In this document: positions 24,613 through 37,046 of the stretch, piece by piece
Layout: the number at the start of each line of letters is the position of its first letter
Numbering within the stretch: the first letter of the stretch is position 1
NCBI GenBank assembly: GCA_032718475.1
Contig: JAUCBJ010007234.1
Span: 1 to 64,000 of the forward strand
Length of the DNA: 64,000 nucleotides
Source: Nemertoderma westbladi
Taxonomy: Eukaryota > Animalia > Xenacoelomorpha
Direction: 5' to 3'
The notes under the pieces: generated by a model
What the model saw: only the letters and a program-made list of their open reading frames with translations
The model's database searches: none
Told to the model about the DNA's origin: nothing
Translations under genes and position numbers: made by a program

Positions 24613-26139
24613 TTTATATTGTGAATATCAGTAGGGCCTTACCATATATTATGGTGAATAAAAACCATTCAGAAATATAAAATAGAAATATAAAATAATT
24701 CATCCGTTCGTTTAAGGAAAAATAAAATATATTAAATTATAACATAGTAAAAATGTTATCCCTACATTGATCCATCCTGTAATATCATTAAGACGAAATT
24801 TTAATTCGCCCCCCCCCCCCCTCCCCATCTCTTAAATTAATAAATACATTCATTGTCCGGAACATTTTGTTTATGTCATAACAGTAGTAGCTGGACAACA
24901 ACCATCAATCAGTTTACAGCTTTCCTCTGTGGTTGCCGATCAGCTAGATAGGCCCTACGCCAAATGCAAATACGCTGTGACGATTGTCCACAGCAATGTA
25001 GACAATTAATAGCTCCCTGTAACGAATATATTACAACTAATCATGACGAAGGCCTAATGAAGATACTATAGGACTACTAATCATATATACAGTATATTGT
25101 AATTGTTCATTGTAAATTTCAAAGTATAATCGCAAGTATTGAGCGCCGCATACCTCCATGATTATCCATAAATTTTGAACGAAATATCTCAGCAATTTTC
25201 CAACGAAATTAATATTATTGGGTTACATATTTGGCACGGCCAAAGCTTTCCATCGGGACCAATAAATCACTTCAGGCCTACATTAGTGTTGAAGAATAAC
25301 TGCGGTATAAATGTTGCAATATCAACTGAGACACCTTTTTCAAACGCCTGTAGCTAAAGAATGAAAACGAAAATAAATATTCGACTCACCCACCCAGTAA
25401 GGAGGTTGAGGTGGAACTATCTCTATTTCAAATTTCATGCATTCTAGTTAAGATTTGAAGAAAAATTGAAGAGAAACGAGGCAAGTAACTTCAGTCCACT
25501 CAAATACTGTATGACACTACATACTGTAAATTCCTTGACATGGTGGTGGGTGATAAGGCTATATCTAGCCAAAACCTATCTCTCTTTACCTGCCATCCCG
25601 CCACTTTGAAAGTGCAGATCTCAGCTATCACACACTGAGATGATCCGCCTGTATTCAACATCGTATTTTGTTAACCTCTTGGTTTGAGTTGCTGATAACG
25701 AAGCAAATTAACTGCAAGCAGAGAGTTTGCATTATCCTCTGAAGATAGATTCAATTAGATGGCGTCGAAAGGTGCAATTAAAATCCCCCCCTCCCACCTC
25801 TATCTGGTCAATACGGTGACGTTCCTTAGATTTCTTCTCAAGTACACATGATTTTAGAACATCACCAAATTTTGAAGGTTTACGGCTGGCTGAGTAACTA
25901 TATATACTACAGCATGTGCACGTCATGTATTTTAGCCCAGTTGTAAATACTTAATATTCTATTTAGACGGATCGTACTTATAGAGCAACACGATCGAACA
26001 CAGTCGAAAATACGACAAACACACCCCAAAAACTGCCGAACACAATCGAACACAGTCGAAAATAGAAAGAGCACTAAAAAAATACGACCATCTTAATAAA
26101 GATAATATTAATAAAGATGGGGTGATGGTAACACCCCCT

Positions 26140-26620
26140 ACTGGCACAATAAGTAGAGGAATTCCAGCAAAGTACTTTTCTGATGTAGACTTTGCTGATG
26201 ACATATGGGTACTGTCAGAATCACTAGAGGGAGCCTAAAGGCTCTTCAGCTCATTGGAGCAGGTTGCTTATAGTGTTGGTCTTTTTGTATGTTCCAAGAA
26301 GACCAAAATCATGACAGTCAACCTAGACAGCCTTCAAGAAATGTCTGATCGCAAGGGCATAAGCTCTAAGGATGGTTGGATGACTTCTGCTACTAGGGAT
26401 CGCGGATCAGAAAGTCAGGTGAAGTACGTAAGACTTCGTATACGTGAGGGGAAGGCATGGGCAGCGTTAAATAGTCTGAACAAGGATTTGGAAGTCCCAT
26501 AGAATAAAAAGGAACCTTAAGGTTCGATTATTTATGGCAGCAGTAGTACCGGTACTCTTACTGTATATGGGAGTCAATGCTGGGCTCTAACTGCAGATGC
26601 CGATCGTAGTAGTAGTATAA
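26140..26620 (+). mobile_element. Decayed RTE LINE fragment (family A) with internal deletions
   Basis: PAKYFSDVDFADDI RT motif and GKAWAALN; ends in a GATCGTAGTAGTAGTA tail. Confidence 0.8.
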
Positions 26621-26894
26621 GTAAATCGCTGAAATTATTGAATAAATTGTCGCGAAATTAAATGTCCATTCCTTATCAGATCTGCTAATGGTATCTTGTA
26701 TCATGTCGCCTCCGGTAGGTTGGTAACCGCTCAATTCTAAATTTGTTGTGTACTGCCGTGCTGTACAACAAACTATGTAGGGAAGCCTACCGGGTACCTT
26801 TCACAGCAATAATGGGTTAGCTAATAGGCCAGTTTGCCTTGAATTGGATTAGCTTGGGTTGGGACTACTGATTGCTGAAGATATGAATTAGGAA

Positions 26895-27020
26895 ATTAAC
26901 TCAAAGTGAACTCAAAGTGCTAACACCAAAATAGTGCTAACTCAAAGCGCTAACACCAAAATAGTGCTAACTCAATGGGCTAACACCAAAATGTGCTAAC
27001 TCAAAGTGCTAACACCACTC
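26895..27020. repeat. Short ~30-bp tandem repeat
   Basis: GTGCTAACTCAAAGTGCTAACACCAAAATA, about 4 copies. Confidence 0.8.
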
Positions 27021-28059
27021 AGAAAATGAATCCTTAATGTCAAATTTATATATTTTTGAGGTCAAAAAGGTATGATCCCACATTCACCAATTCGGCAACT
27101 TTTGAAAAAGTGCACAGATTCAATGTGTCCTCTAGCAACCACATTGGGAACTCTAGGTCACTATATAGCTATAATCCTAACAGTTAGTCCTTTATGAAAA
27201 CTACTGACCGTAATGAACTTTATTGCCCATAGTCCTAACATTCGCCTTGTTAGCATTTTATAAAAAACGTGGGTATTATTATATATTATTTATACATTAT
27301 ACTAACTATTTATTATATTGCATTCATTTACGTATGTCTTTGTCTGACGCCGATCCGCAGTGATATTATTTTCATGGTCGAGCAAAGCGAGTGAGTTATA
27401 AATTAAAACGAGGGACAGAAGTGAGATTTTAAGGGAACAATGTAGGACTAATGTTGTTTCCTAATTTCCTGTATCACTTGATCATGGCCGCGGATTGTTT
27501 ATGCAACATAAACTATTTATGAGCACAAAATTCAACATTAAATCAAATAGAACATCCGTTCATGCTAATCAAAACCCCTGCAAAAATTAAAGCAAATAAT
27601 AAAAGTTTCATGAAATTTTCAAAGTAGGCCCACTACAAATTTACAATTTTCTGTCTAACTATTTGTTTTTCCTTCAAGGGAAGAGAGAGCATTTCAAAAA
27701 TTCACATAAGGGACATATTTGCGATAATAGAAATGGCAATTTTATCATAAGCCGAAGATGCCCCTTTGGTGTAAATAATAAGGCTCGTGTTAGTTTTTAA
27801 ACATCGCAGTACTTAGTGGTTTATTGAGGCTCATTAATTAACTTGGTTTAACTTGTAATTATAGAACGCTATTGTTCTAAATGTAAAATCTTGTGGGACT
27901 GAATGGATATATTCGAAAATTTAAATATGCTGCAACTATGCAGGTAGAACAGGATCTGTATTAAGAAAACATTTATCAGAAGTGTAACTTTATACCCGAC
28001 TTGAAAACAAAGGGAAACGTAATACCACTGGTGATACATTATGCCTTTAACGTAATACT

Positions 28060-28375
28060 TTATGCTCTTTCTGACCTCTATAAGGCGCAGAAAGAGTCCC
28101 GATTCAAACAGACTACAGCGGCCAAGAATGCAGTTAAGGCTGCATCTAGGTCCCTGAACAGACAGTACTTTGTTAATCTACAGGAGCTTATAAACCAACA
28201 GGTTGATGCCATCAATGATGGTGACGACAGCAGGCAATGATCGCAGGCATGGAAATCGATCAACTTGCTTACTGGGCGGAAAAACCAATCAACCACCAAG
28301 GTTAAGGCTGACTCACCAGCCGATCGCCTCAATGGTTGGAAGGCCCACTTTGAAAAGCTTCTCAATAATGACATT
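28060..28375 (+). mobile_element. Decayed RTE LINE internal fragment
   Basis: Frameshifted AWKSINLLTGRK...KADSPADRLNGWKAHFEKLLN, homologous to the TWQTVNEVSGRK..KADSPEERVGKWKNHFSNLL segment of the 46246 ORF. Confidence 0.7.
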
Positions 28376-28559
28376 ACATGTAGGTCAGAATAGAGTGGTA
28401 CGATTTATTAAAGACTACAATCCTAGGCATTACCTAATTCCAGATGACTTTTCTGAATCTGGATTACTTATCTTAGATAGTAGAGTTAAGCAGCTACGCC
28501 TTAACCATGTACAATTGTACATAAAGTGTATAATGGTTAATGGTGAGTGTCCCATTTAC

Positions 28560-28822
28560 CTAACTACTAGGATCGGCATGCTGCATTGCAGCTGCATTTT
28601 TAAGAATGCTGTGCCGGCTTATCGACAAAATTGCACCGCCACAACTCCCTATCACCCATGACATTTGCTAGATCATCCGAATCTTCAAGGCCAGTGTCCT
28701 TTAAGATGCGTCTCAAGAAAGTCATGGGCTGTCCACCATGCGTATTCACTCCAGGAGGCTGCCAAAGTACAAGATTATGCACTGGCTGATCCTCACGGCG
28801 AAAGCAATGTCCTGCTAAGCGG
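28560..28822 (-). mobile_element. RTE LINE 3' end (family A)
   Basis: Near-identical to 19350-19610 in reverse orientation. Confidence 0.9.
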
Positions 28823-29269
28823 ATTTACCTAAAACAAAAACTTCAACAGTGTGCGTGATACACACTCGTACAATTCCTAAAGGTAGTACTTCAAACTTTC
28901 ACTATATAACTAGTATATGATACTTTAATTTTTAACGGCATTAAAAGCTCTAGCCTAATGAAATAAAAAACCTAGATAATCAACATTCTTCTAAATCTGC
29001 AGTTAAATCTCACCACGGTGTGCAATGTAAAAATAGGTACAATAGTCCAACAGTAAGTTATTAGTTTATTAATTATTTACTATTTATACTGTAATTACGT
29101 TTTATAATAAATTGTTCTTTGCATAGTTAGGCCTTCATCTTTATCGTTGAGTCGGAGCATTGTCTCGTTCTCGGTAAAAAGTTGTATGAGTGTAAATTAC
29201 GTTTTATGACAAGCGTAAAATCGCACTACACAGTACAACTTACTATCTGTGGGGAATGGGAGAATAGGG

Positions 29270-29800
29270 AACAATTTGAAAAATAAAAGACTAATATGTG
29301 CGTTTAGGCAACCTCCTTCACTAAAGGGCATTTTGGGCCGTCAAAAGAAAGATAACTTTCCTGCAGATGCACCAATGTTGTATACGTCATGTATTGTCAG
29401 AAATGCCCCGAAACTTATATTGGTCAGACCATGGACTTCAGCACCGAATTAATCTCCACAGAAACCAAATACTCAATGACTGTTATAGACATTTTAGGTG
29501 TAGCAAACACTTTCACAACTGCGGGGAAAACCAATTTAAAGTGGACCCATTCTTCTGTTGTCGACATGAAAACTTATTAGAAGGCTACGAACAACATTTC
29601 ATTGATAAATACCAACCTTCTTTGAACAGCCAACAATAGCTAAGAACCAATTGGTGTAAAGTGGGCCCAGATTTTGTCGATCTCATAAACTATATAAACC
29701 TTATTGAGTTTCCAATAATGTTACTTTATTTTTTTTGAAAACCAGACGTTCTGAAGATATTGAAATGCATTAACGTGTTTAATATCTGGTTTACTTATTT
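29270..29800 (+). mobile_element. Penelope-like element remnant: frameshifted GIY-YIG endonuclease and 3' region
   Basis: NVVYVMYCQKCPETYIGQT, frameshift, then HRINLHRNQI...SKHFHNC...EQHFIDKYQPSLN. Confidence 0.8.
29741..29790 (+). ncRNA. Minimal type I hammerhead ribozyme motif
   Basis: ACGTT-CTGAAGA-tatt-GAAA-TGCA-TT-AACGT. Stem I extends through ACCAG/CTGGT; stem III is palindromic. Lies 100 nt after a Penelope GIY-YIG. Confidence 0.6.
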
Positions 29801-30217
29801 ATTTGTTTTTAATTATTTTTAATAATTTAATGTTTAATAAATCCTAATAATATTGCCATGTAACTTTTGAATTTTTCAACTATTTAAACCGGAATATAGC
29901 CAATTCTAACTCAATTTAAACCTCCATTGTTAGGTGTATACAATGTTTCGTGTTTGTCATTGTTTTTTTCATAATCTACTGTACATATAAACAAATCTAT
30001 AGGCCTATTGGCTGGCAGTCATACGAACTTTGGGTGTGTTCTCCAGACCAGAAACTCATAACCCAAACCTTGGAGCCGCACTGCAGCACTCCCAGTAAAT
30101 ACGGCGAATGCCTGGCGCATTCGGGATTCGAACATCTTCAGCATGCTACCAGCATTCGGAAATGAAACATAGTGGCGAATGCTAGAAGAATGATGAATAC
30201 CGAATTCCAGGCGCATA

Positions 30218-30640
30218 ATTCATTCGAACCCCGAACCTCTCACGAATGTCTGGCGTACAATTCATTCGAACCCCGAACCACTCACGAATGTCTGGCGTAC
30301 AATTCATTCCAACCCCGAACCTCTCACGAATGTCTGGCGTACAATTCATTCGAACCCCGAACCTCTCACGAATGTCTGGCGTACAATTCATTCGAACCCC
30401 GAACCTCTCACGAATGTCTGGCGTACAATTCATTCGAACCCCGAACCTCTCACGAATGTCTGGCGTACAATTCATTCGAACCCCGAACCTCTCACGAATG
30501 TCTGGCGTACAATTCATTCGAACCCCGAACCTCTCACGAATGTCTGGCGTACAATTCATTCCCCCCTATACCCCTCGCGAACGTCTGGCGTACAATTCAT
30601 TCTCCCCTATACCCCTCGCGAACGTCTGGCACACAATCTA
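30218..30640. repeat. 42-bp tandem array inside the EnSpm-like element
   Basis: TCATTCGAACCCCGAACCTCTCACGAATGTCTGGCGTACAAT, about 8 copies plus variants. Confidence 0.95.
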
Positions 30641-31764
30641 TTCCTCTCAGAAACGTCTGGCTTTTATTCTGAGACAGAACTTTTGGCGAAACTTTGGCGA
30701 ATCATTTCAACTTCCTTATTTACAGTAGCCCCAATGCAATGAGTTACACTAATAATCTCTCTACAGCTCATTGATTGTCGATAACCAGAGTCGCTGTTAT
30801 TGTGTGGTCTACATACACAATTCTGCCAGCAGACTTATCATTTATACTCCCAAATATACCCAAATAATAATGAATTAGTTTCAATGTAGTAATTAATTCT
30901 TAACGTTTATTTCAATAATAATGTATGATGAACTGTTATATATAATACGTACATAAACACAATAATTAATATTCAGAATACTATCAATGATTGGCAATAT
31001 TTTGTTAAAATTCAAATAGATTAGATTACATTCAGTATTATAATTTTACTCAATCCGCTCAGTAACTATATTATTAAAATCAATTTGACTTTCATTTCGC
31101 ACTCCAAAAGGAAACATGAAGTTACAAATGAAATCACAATACTATCTGCAGATGACACATTGGACAAGAATATAATATTTACGTAATAATTACATTGATT
31201 ATAAACAGCAATAAAGCATAACACAATCATATTGAAGCAATAAGTTTACCGGTGATGCAGACCTCCTCCCCGCCTACTTGCGGTGTCCTGTAGTCTTGCG
31301 CTAGGATCATTCGCGCAATAAGCCACCTCTCTAGAACTGTACACACGTATAGCTTTGTATAGGGCCTACAGTGCAATTCGTACTATTTATACGATAAATA
31401 ATTAACTTACTTGCATGATGGCCATGGTGATCACCAATTGTTTTCGTGTTTTTTTTGCCAGCTTTTCAAGTTCACACGCATTGTAGTCGGTTCTCATATA
31501 CTTGACGATTAAACTTGACTCCTTGACTCTCCTCGTGATACTTGGTGATATCTTTATTGCACTTTCCCTTTCCAGTATGACAAGTTACATTATGTACTGG
31601 AAATGTTTTACTGCAAAAATAATATTTGAAACAAAAACACCTCAACACAAGCACTATACTGTATATATACTGTATATTGTACCCGCTACATTCACAAATT
31701 AAAATTATTAATTTAAAATGCAGCATCAGTTGTTGTACCTCGAATAATAAGGCTACAATAATGA

Positions 31765-32030
31765 ATACTACTACTACTACTAGGTCGAGCGAACTCGGAC
31801 AAATATCTTTCAGTTGCGGGAGTAAACCGCTTGTGGTCGCAACTCATACAAGCGTCTTCGCAGCAGGTCGCGGTTGGTTGATTACCTTCCGCCGACCTTG
31901 TCAGCATGTCTAGCCGTTGGTTGATTACCTTCCGCCGACCTTGTCAGCATGTCTAGCCGTTGGTTGATTACCTTCCGCCGACCTTGTCAGCATGTCTAGC
32001 CGTTGGTTGATTACATTCCGCCTATCCATG
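31765..32030 (-). mobile_element. RTE 3' tip (family B) with a 43-bp tandem triplication
   Basis: ACTACTACTACTAGGTCGAGCGAACTCGGAC is identical to the 3' end of the 46237 element. A 43-bp unit is repeated ~3.4 times from 31874. Confidence 0.7.
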
Positions 32031-33794
32031 GCCTACAGCCCTGCTGCCGACTGTAGGGGTCCTTTTGTTACACCCTGAACCAAGTGTGCCTCCTGGGTTA
32101 GGTTACCTAACACTGGTAGAGGAGCATGCCAGTATAGACAGGGCGGGGCTTGTATCATCTCTAATGCAGATGCGTATCAAGCCTTTGCCTTCAATGGTGC
32201 CCTAGGCGCTATAGCCCTCAATGACTTATTTAGTTGACGATAATTACAATTATAATAATTAATAAAATAGTAAAACTACATAAATGATACCGTATCAAAC
32301 AATATTACCATTCTCATAAAATGGACTACAGTGAATTTAAAAAATTGCGCCCAAATTTAAATATATCTAAGTTTAGTCCTGTGTTTAACCAGATAACAGC
32401 GTGAGTGATGAGTAGCCAGACTGTTAACCCAACAGTTCCAGCCATACAGTACAGTGCTGCAGTGCTACAGTCTATCTAAGAAATCCGCGAAAATTATCCT
32501 GACCAATGTTATTCGCAGACAAGCATTCCCAACCCATTCACCACGCATGCTTGGAATTCGATGGATAAATCATTCCTGTTAATGAAATTCTTAGTATGCG
32601 CCTCGCTCTCCTGGCGCTTACGGCTTACCTGAAAACTATTCCCAGACAAGAATCTTTGGCGAATCTCTCCCGCCCTCAAGAAATGTACCAGAACGACTGG
32701 CGAACATGTCGTTCACCACATATGCGCCTAGCACGCTCGTTGTTTACTGGGCTGTACCTGTACCATGTCTGCATGTAGGCCTACCTGCGTACTGGTACTG
32801 TAACATGTATTACAGTACTGCATTACTGTCTCCTCTCACTGTATTTATTATGCATAGCAGCATACAGGCATAGATAGAGGCATACAGGCATAGATAGGGC
32901 CATGCAGTTCAGCATAGTTTCAGAGTTTATTGTTTAGGCTTATTACAGTAGGAGTAGGCCTATTACAGTACGGTATGACTGCAGACTGTATTACCGGTAG
33001 TTATTTCTGTATTCGGGTATTCTATGAATACTGGCTGACTGGTACCGGTACTTTACAGCTTTACCCTTTCTGCCTTTATACAGATAGGCCAATAGCCATA
33101 TAGGCCTAATTGTTCACGTGTGATGTGCACCATACGCATACTGCACACCACATACAGACATAGGCCTATCAGTAGGGAACATACCCTTAAATAAGCTCCA
33201 AAACTGGGTTCTTATTTAAGGAAAATGGCTCTTATTTAGGGGTTTTTGGGCCTTTTTTGGATATTTTTTCGACATAATATGCAAGAACTTGTTTCCGGTA
33301 AAAATACCGCATAATTTTATTTCACAATATAAAAGTTGGGTCTTTCTTGAACATAATGCAAAAAACCAGAAAACATTTCACCGTCCGGTTTTTTTTCTAC
33401 AAGCGTTTTAAAATTGCATCAAAAATACGACCAGTTCCTAATAAGAGGGATTTTTTAAATTTACCTTATTTAAGACATCGAAATTGTACACATAAATACT
33501 AAAAGTCCTTAAATAAGAACTTTTTGACATGGGTTTCATATTTAGGTATACAATTTCATTCCAAAATCTGCATACTCCTTAAATAAATTAAATATTTCTC
33601 ATTTCTCAAATATTAAATTAAATAAATTAAATATCCTTATATAATGTCTCTTATAACCTCGTCTCCCAGCCCCGTCCTCCTTCTGCCCTTAACTGCTTAT
33701 GACAGTTATGACCTCCTAACTGCCTAACCTTTACAGGACATTGCAAGATGCCGAGATAAGGGAGCTTCTGAGCTTAATTTGATAGGTGCAAAAA

Positions 33795-35030
33795 TGCACA
33801 ACGAGCAACAATGACCAACAACGAGCAACAAATGAACAATGAGTAACAAAACAACGAGCAACAATGAGCAACAACAAGTAACATTGAGCAATACTAAAGT
33901 GGTGAAAGTACAACAACGAGCAATAATGAGGAACAACGACTGAACGAGCAACAATGAGCAACAACGAGTAACAATGAGCATCTACAGAACTACGAATACT
34001 GCGAGTAACATTGAGCAACAATGAGAAACAATGAGCAACAACGAGCAAAAATGAGCAATACTGCAATAATAAAGTACAACAACGAGCAACAATGAGCAAC
34101 AGCGAGAAACAACGAACAACAATGAGCAATAATGAGGAACAACGACTGAACGAGCAACAACGAGCAACAATGAGCAACAACGAGTAACATTGAGAGACAA
34201 CGAGCAACAATGAGCAATAATAAAGTACAACAACGAGAAACAATGAGCAACAACGAGAAACAACGAGCAACAATGAGGAACAACGACTGAACGAGCAATA
34301 ATAAAGTACAACAATGAGCAACAACGAGTAACAATGAGTAATAATGAGCAACAATGAGCAATAATAAAAGTACAACAACGAGCAACAACGAGAAACAACG
34401 AGCAACAATGAGGAACAACGACTGAACGAGCAATAATAAAGTACAACAACGAGCAACAACGAGAAACAACGACCAATAATTAGGACATGAGGAACAACGA
34501 GTAACAATGAGCAACAATGACAATGAGTAACAACGGGTAACATTGAGCAATAATAAAGTATAACAACGAGTAACATTGAGCAACAACGAGCAACAATGAG
34601 AAACACTGAGCAACAATGAACAATAATAAAGAACAACAACGAACAACAATGAGCAACAACGAGAAACAACGAGCAATAATGAGCAACAACGACTGAACGA
34701 GCAACAACGAGTTATATAGAGCAACAATGAGCAATAATAAAGTACAACAACGACTGAACGAGCAGCAACGAGTAATATTGAGCAACAATGAGCAATAATA
34801 AAGTACAACAACGAGAAAAAACGAGCAACAATGAGGAACAACGATTGAACGAGCAATAATAAAGTACAACAACGAGCAACAATGAGCAACAACGAGCAAT
34901 AATAGAGTACAACGAGCAACAACGAGCAATAATAAAGTACAACTAACGAGCAACAATGAGCACCAACAAGCAACAATGAGAAATAATAAAGCACAACGAG
35001 CAGCAATGAGCAACAACGAGCAACAAACTG
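33795..35030. repeat. Degenerate 10-bp satellite (ACAACGAGCA/ACAATGAGCA)n
   Basis: About 1.2 kb, strongly A/C strand-biased. It is the source of the spurious Cys/Leu-rich minus-strand ORFs. Confidence 0.95.
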
Positions 35031-35047
35031 CGTCGAACCGGGTTGAA

Positions 35048-35388
35048 TGTGGGGGAGAGTCACGTTCAAGTGAGCGAAACCTTAGCATATGGGTGCTATT
35101 AACGAATTGTCTGTCGTCGTTGTAAATTTTTTATCGCTAATAACTCGGTCATTCCTTGATGAAATTAAACGAAACTTGGTATGTATGTAGTCTGTCAAAA
35201 GATTATAAATAATCTGAAGTTTGGTAAAAAAACAAACGAACGCAATGAGGCAAATTAAGGAGACGAGTATTGTGTTGAACGACCTCTGACTAACGAAAGA
35301 CAACATGTTAATGGGGTGGGGCCCCTATCAGCTAGGGCTAGCTAAGGCTTTGCTCACTTCATGCTGCGTAAAGGTCCCACGAACGTGT
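35048..35388 (+). mobile_element. Short divergent relative of repeat family X
   Basis: TGTGGGGGAGAG start, AATAACTCGG..TCCTTGATGAAAT..AAACTTGGTA core, and AAGGTCCCACGAACGTGT end. Confidence 0.7.
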
Positions 35389-36749
35389 CCCACTGCTGCC
35401 TGAGCCAGTTGAGCCAAAAACGTCACCCAGTCATCATCTTTAACCTTCTAACGTCTATCAGCTGCCCGACGGAACCATATTTGTGCCTGCCTATTGACAT
35501 GACATTGACATTGGTTTTTTTTCACACCTTTCAAGTACAACATTGTGGACAATCCATCTAAGTGGGGCGTAATGCGGAGCAGAAGAGGAAATGCAGGACA
35601 CAAGTTAGTTTTTCGAAACTGTGCGGCGATGTCCAGTCCAGTTACTTGAGTATGTCTCATCGAAATACGTGACAATGTATGTGCGCTCAGATGGGCGATG
35701 GCGATGGGCTATTCTTTTGAATATCAAAGGGCTATTCTATGCTACCGTGTGAGGTAAGAATGCCAGTGCTAGCAACTTCATTATGATACGATATTCTACA
35801 GAGGATTTATAGAGTGCAGTGCAACCATTGTCCTTATCCTTAACCCAACAATTAGCAATATTCAGACTGACATAAATCAAAGAATTATGAAAGAAGTGTA
35901 ACATATACTGTAAGGAATAAGGAATATTTATTTTATTTAAGGAATGTGCAGATTTTGGAATACAATTGTATTCCTAAATAAGAAGCCCAGGTCAAAAAGT
36001 TCTTATTTAAGGACTTTTAGTATTTATGTGTACAATTTCGCTATCTTAAATAAGGTTAATTTAAAAAATCCCTCTTATTTAGGAACTGGTCGTATTTTTG
36101 ATGCAATTTTAAAACGCTTGTAGAAAAAAAACCGGACGGTGAAATGTTTTCTGGTTTTTTGCATTATGTTCAAGAAAGACCCAACTTTTATATTGTGAAA
36201 TAAAATTATGCGGTATTTTTACCTGAAACAAGTTCTTGCATATTATGTCGAAAAAATATCAAAAAAAGGCCCAAAAACCCCTAAATAAGAGCCATTTTCC
36301 TTAAATAAGAACCCACTTTTGGAGCTTATTTAAGGGTATGGGGTATGTTCCCTACTGCCTATTGCAGTATTGCCTTAAGACAGTAAGCTGATAGGCCTAA
36401 GCCTGTACAGCTGTAAGCTTTGTTGTTTGTAACGGTAGCGATTACCGGTCCGGTAACTTACCTGCTTACTGACTTATTGATTTAACTTCTGAACTTGCAT
36501 ATAATTCCTGAATTCAGTACATAGTAGGCCTAATTGGCAGATTGGTGACGTGATCCATGATCAGACCTATACCCAACTGAAGCCCTGCAATACCGGTACC
36601 AGGTACATGCGCTAGGCTGCTGGGTAGGTCCGCTGTCAGCTGTTCGGCCTACCTGCTCAGCTCAGCACTCCTCCAACCAGCCATCGCAACAGCGCCTGCT
36701 GCCTGCCCGTCGCAGCTCGATCCAGCGCTTGAGGATATTGTGAAATTTA

Positions 36750-37046
36750 ATGACGTCAATTTCTAAAATGGTGTTGTCGGATAATTGGTTCCTATGTTTT
36801 TCCTGTTGCTGGAACCAGCAACCTCATCAACCAAAAAAGAAACCGATTGATCGGAACATGATAGGAATGCCAACAAACTTTGAACACACCAGCCACCTGG
36901 GCTCTACGGATGCTGGATCAAGCAGTCCTATGCAAGACTTATCACAGAGAATGAGTGGTAAAGGCGGCTATCTAAGACAAGTAAACTCCCCAAGCAGTGA
37001 CTCTCTAACTACCGGTAGAGAACATAATGTTTTGGTCTTGAAGTGA
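36750..37046 (+). CDS. CDC42SE: CDC42 small effector protein (SPEC family, CRIB motif)
   Basis: W..CFSCC N-terminus, IDRNMIGMPTNFEHTSHLGS CRIB motif and MSGKGGY. Start is 36750 or 36768. Confidence 0.88.
   Translation: MTSISKMVLSDNWFLCFSCCWNQQPHQPKKKPIDRNMIGMPTNFEHTSHLGSTDAGSSSPMQDLSQRMSGKGGYLRQVNSPSSDSLTTGREHNVLVLK

Larger units (their letters stand above)
30091..32751. mobile_element. EnSpm/CMC-like non-autonomous element
   Basis: CCCAGTAAA... / ...TTTACTGGG imperfect ~30-bp TIRs, 2-bp TSD CT, sub-terminal CTGGCG repeats. Confidence 0.7.
33170..36357. mobile_element. Long-TIR non-autonomous DNA transposon, 5-bp TSD
   Basis: ~410-bp near-perfect TIRs starting CAGTAGGGAACATACCC; CCTAT flanks both ends (33165-69, 36358-62). 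Confidence 0.85.

Noticed and set aside
26870-26910. CTGAAGA...GAAA hammerhead-like string
   Set aside because: No proper stem III/UH and no convincing stem I or II.
30172-30728. Three overlapping repeat ORFs / CRISPR-like 42-bp array
   Set aside because: A pure tandem repeat with unit length divisible by 3 and no spacers, lying inside a TIR element.
33724-35088. Long Cys/Leu/Val-rich minus-strand ORFs (up to 359 aa)
   Set aside because: Artefacts of a stop-poor 10-bp satellite; open in several frames at once.
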